Of a DNA stretch of 5,386 bases, positions 3,981 through 5,386 are shown piece by piece. The stretch is from Escherichia phage phiX174. Below the pieces are notes generated by a model, which was not told the origin of the DNA, ran no database searches, and was given only the letters and a program-made list of their open reading frames with translations. Both the position numbers and the translations under genes were made by a program. Position 1 is the stretch's first letter; the number at the start of each line of letters is the position of its first letter. Location: sequence record EF380029.1. The stretch is one strand, 5' to 3'.

Positions 3981-5386
3981 ATGGTTCGTTCTTATTATCC
4001 TTCTGAATGTCACGCTGATTATTTTTACTTTGAGCGTATCGAGGCTCTTAAACCTGCTATTGAGGCTTGTGGCATTTCTACTCTTTCTCAATCCCCAATG
4101 CTTGGCTTCCATAAGCAGATGGATAACCGCATCAAGCTCTTGGAAGAGATTCTGTCTTTTCGTATGCAGGGTGTTGAGTTCGATAATGGTGATATGTATG
4201 TTGACGGCCATAAGGCTGCTTCTGACGTTCGTGATGAGTTTGTATCTGTTACTGAGAAGTTAATGGATGAATTGGCACAATGCTACAATGTGCTCCCCCA
4301 ACTTGATATTAATAACACTATAGACCACTGCCCCGAAGGGGACGAAAAATGGTTTTTAGAGAACGAGAAGACGGTTACGCAGTTTTGCCGCAAGCTGGCT
4401 GCTGAACGCCCTCTTAAGGATATTCGCGATGAGTATAATTACCCCAAAAAGAAAGGTATTAAGGATGAGTGTTCAAGATTGCTGGAGGCTTCCACTATGA
4501 AATCGCGTAGAGGTTTTACTATTCAGCGTTTGATGAATGCAATGCGACAGGCTCATGCTGATGGTTGGTTTATCGTTTTTGATACTCTTACGTTGGCTGA
4601 CGACCGATTAGAGGCGTTTTATGATAATCCCAATGCTTTGCGTGATTATTTTCGTGATATTGGTCGTATGGTTCTTGCTGCCGAGGGTCGCAAGGTTAAT
4701 GATTCACACGCCGACTGCTATCAGTATTTTTGTGTGCCTGAGTATGGTACAGCTAATGGTCGTCTTCATTTCCATGCGGTGCACTTTATGCGGACACTTC
4801 CTACAGGTAGCGTTGACCCTAATTTTGGTCGTCGGGTACGTAATCGCCGCCAGTTAAATAGCTTGCAAAATATGTGGCCTTATGGTTACAGTATGCCCAT
4901 CGCAGTTCGCTATACGCAGGACGCTTTTTCACGTTCTGGTTGGTTGTGGCCTGTTGATGCTAAAGGTGAGCCGCTTAAAGCTACCAGTTATATGGCTGTT
5001 GGTTTCTATGTGGCTAAATACGTTAACAAAAAGTCAGATATGGACCTTGCTGCTAAAGGTCTAGGAGCTAAAGAATGGAACAACTCACTAAAAACCAAGC
5101 TGTCGTTACTTCCCAAGAAGCTGTTCAGAATCAGAATGAGTCGCAACTTCGGGATGAAAATGCTCACAATGACAAATCTGTCCACGGAGTGCTTAATCCA
5201 ACTTACCAAGCTGGGTTACGACGCGACGCCGTTCAACCAGATATTGAAGCAGAACGCAAAAAGAGAGATGAGATTGAGGCTGGGAAAAGTTACTGTAGCC
5301 GACGTTTTGGCGGCGCAACCTGTGACGACAAATCTGCTCAAATTTATGCGCGCTTCGATAAAAATGATTGGCGTATCCAACCTGCA
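3981..5386 (+). CDS. A: Replication initiation protein A (rolling-circle nickase), N-terminal and central segment; continues across the junction to 1..136
   Basis: ATG 3981 with GGAGG at 3969-3973; MVRSYYPSECHADYF... matches phiX174 A. No complete ORF is listed in this frame (0 mod 3) from 3981 to the window end, consistent with an open frame that only terminates after wrapping. Contains the + origin at 4299-4328. Confidence 0.9.
   Translation, partial: MVRSYYPSECHADYFYFERIEALKPAIEACGISTLSQSPMLGFHKQMDNRIKLLEEILSFRMQGVEFDNGDMYVDGHKAASDVRDEFVSVTEKLMDELAQCYNVLPQLDINNTIDHCPEGDEKWFLENEKTVTQFCRKLAAERPLKDIRDEYNYPKKKGIKDECSRLLEASTMKSRRGFTIQRLMNAMRQAHADGWFIVFDTLTLADDRLEAFYDNPNALRDYFRDIGRMVLAAEGRKVNDSHADCYQYFCVPEYGTANGRLHFHAVHFMRTLPTGSVDPNFGRRVRNRRQLNSLQNMWPYGYSMPIAVRYTQDAFSRSGWLWPVDAKGEPLKATSYMAVGFYVAKYVNKKSDMDLAAKGLGAKEWNNSLKTKLSLLPKKLFRIRMSRNFGMKMLTMTNLSTECLIQLTKLGYDATPFNQILKQNAKREMRLRLGKVTVADVLAAQPVTTNLLKFMRASIKMIGVSNL
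4299..4328 (+). other. Viral (+) strand origin of rolling-circle replication; protein A nick site between G4305 and A4306
   Basis: Exact 30-mer CAACTTGATATTAATAACACTATAGACCAC, identical to the phiX174 origin core as I recall it, inside gene A; followed by a small CCCC-GAA-GGGG hairpin at 4331-4341. Confidence 0.85.
4497..5386 (+). CDS. A*: A* protein: in-frame internal translation start within gene A (continues to 1..136)
   Basis: ATG 4497-4499 in the A frame, preceded by GGAGG at 4484-4488 at about 8 nt spacing; this is the established position of the A* start in phiX174. Confidence 0.75.
   Translation, partial: MKSRRGFTIQRLMNAMRQAHADGWFIVFDTLTLADDRLEAFYDNPNALRDYFRDIGRMVLAAEGRKVNDSHADCYQYFCVPEYGTANGRLHFHAVHFMRTLPTGSVDPNFGRRVRNRRQLNSLQNMWPYGYSMPIAVRYTQDAFSRSGWLWPVDAKGEPLKATSYMAVGFYVAKYVNKKSDMDLAAKGLGAKEWNNSLKTKLSLLPKKLFRIRMSRNFGMKMLTMTNLSTECLIQLTKLGYDATPFNQILKQNAKREMRLRLGKVTVADVLAAQPVTTNLLKFMRASIKMIGVSNL
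4863..4891 (+). promoter_or_regulatory. Candidate gene B promoter inside gene A: TTGCAA (4863-4868), 17-nt spacer, TACAGT (4886-4891)
   Basis: Sigma-70-like hexamers with canonical spacing about 185 nt upstream of the B start, in the region where the phiX174 B promoter is reported; assigned by eye only. Confidence 0.3.
5075..5386 (+). CDS. B: Internal scaffolding protein B, N-terminal segment, embedded in gene A in a different frame; continues to 1..51
   Basis: ATG 5075 with AGGAG at 5063-5067; translation MEQLTKNQAVVTSQEAVQNQNESQLRDENAHNDKSVHGVLNPTYQAGLRRDAVQPDIEAERKKRDEIEAGKSYCSRRFGGATCDDKSAQIYARFDKNDWRIQPA... matches phiX174 B (A11V and P23S versus my recollection). Confidence 0.9.
   Translation, partial: MEQLTKNQAVVTSQEAVQNQNESQLRDENAHNDKSVHGVLNPTYQAGLRRDAVQPDIEAERKKRDEIEAGKSYCSRRFGGATCDDKSAQIYARFDKNDWRIQPA

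Noticed and set aside
948-5064. Alternative-frame + strand ORFs (948..1196, 1572..1775, 1998..2234, 2543..2776, 3073..3477, 3742..3930, 3946..4263, 4621..4857, 4882..5064) as possible cryptic overlapping genes
   Set aside because: Their translations are Leu/Phe/Val-rich hydrophobic strings, as expected from off-frame reading of a T-rich genome. None matches a known microvirus protein, and the classical eleven products account for the whole genome. They would be worth revisiting only with ribosome-profiling or proteomic evidence.
474-5209. Minus-strand ORFs from the six-frame track (474..821, 818..1051, 1094..1621, 1772..2167, 2518..2742, 2880..3449, 3480..3671, 3921..4211, 5006..5209)
   Set aside because: All known microvirus genes and promoters are on the + strand. 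These are antisense shadows of D/E, J/F, F, G, H and A with low-complexity Arg/Ser/Ile-rich translations, no Shine-Dalgarno context and no recognisable protein similarity.
1-5386. Possibility that the window encodes a novel defence or anti-defence system, tRNA, CRISPR array or mobile element
   Set aside because: The sequence is collinear throughout with the phiX174 gene map, with no inserted material, no repeat-spacer periodicity and no cloverleaf-like structures. The novelty lies in point variants, not gene content.

Overview
This 5,386-nt window is one complete unit-length genome of a phiX174-like microvirus (Microviridae, Bullavirinae), a thoroughly characterised phage, and I find no evidence of an undescribed system. 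It is linearised at the conventional numbering origin: the PstI site CTGCA|G is split across 5382-5386 and position 1, so genes A and B wrap around the window ends. All eleven classical products (A, A*, B, K, C, D, E, J, F, G, H) are on the + strand in the known nested and overlapping arrangement, with the + strand origin, intergenic hairpins and promoter-like hexamers where expected. There are no tRNA, rRNA, CRISPR or mobile-element signatures. What is worth a second look is how this copy differs from the reference phiX174 as I recall it (from memory, not an alignment): (1) gene C ends early at a TAA at 367-369, losing 8 codons and the usual C/D overlap; (2) roughly 60 point differences are dominated by C->T on the virion strand, with about as many missense as silent changes; (3) in the D/E and A/B overlaps the changes are mostly silent in D and A but missense in E and B; (4) a C->T in the D promoter -10 moves it toward consensus; (5) I found no GATC anywhere by manual scan.
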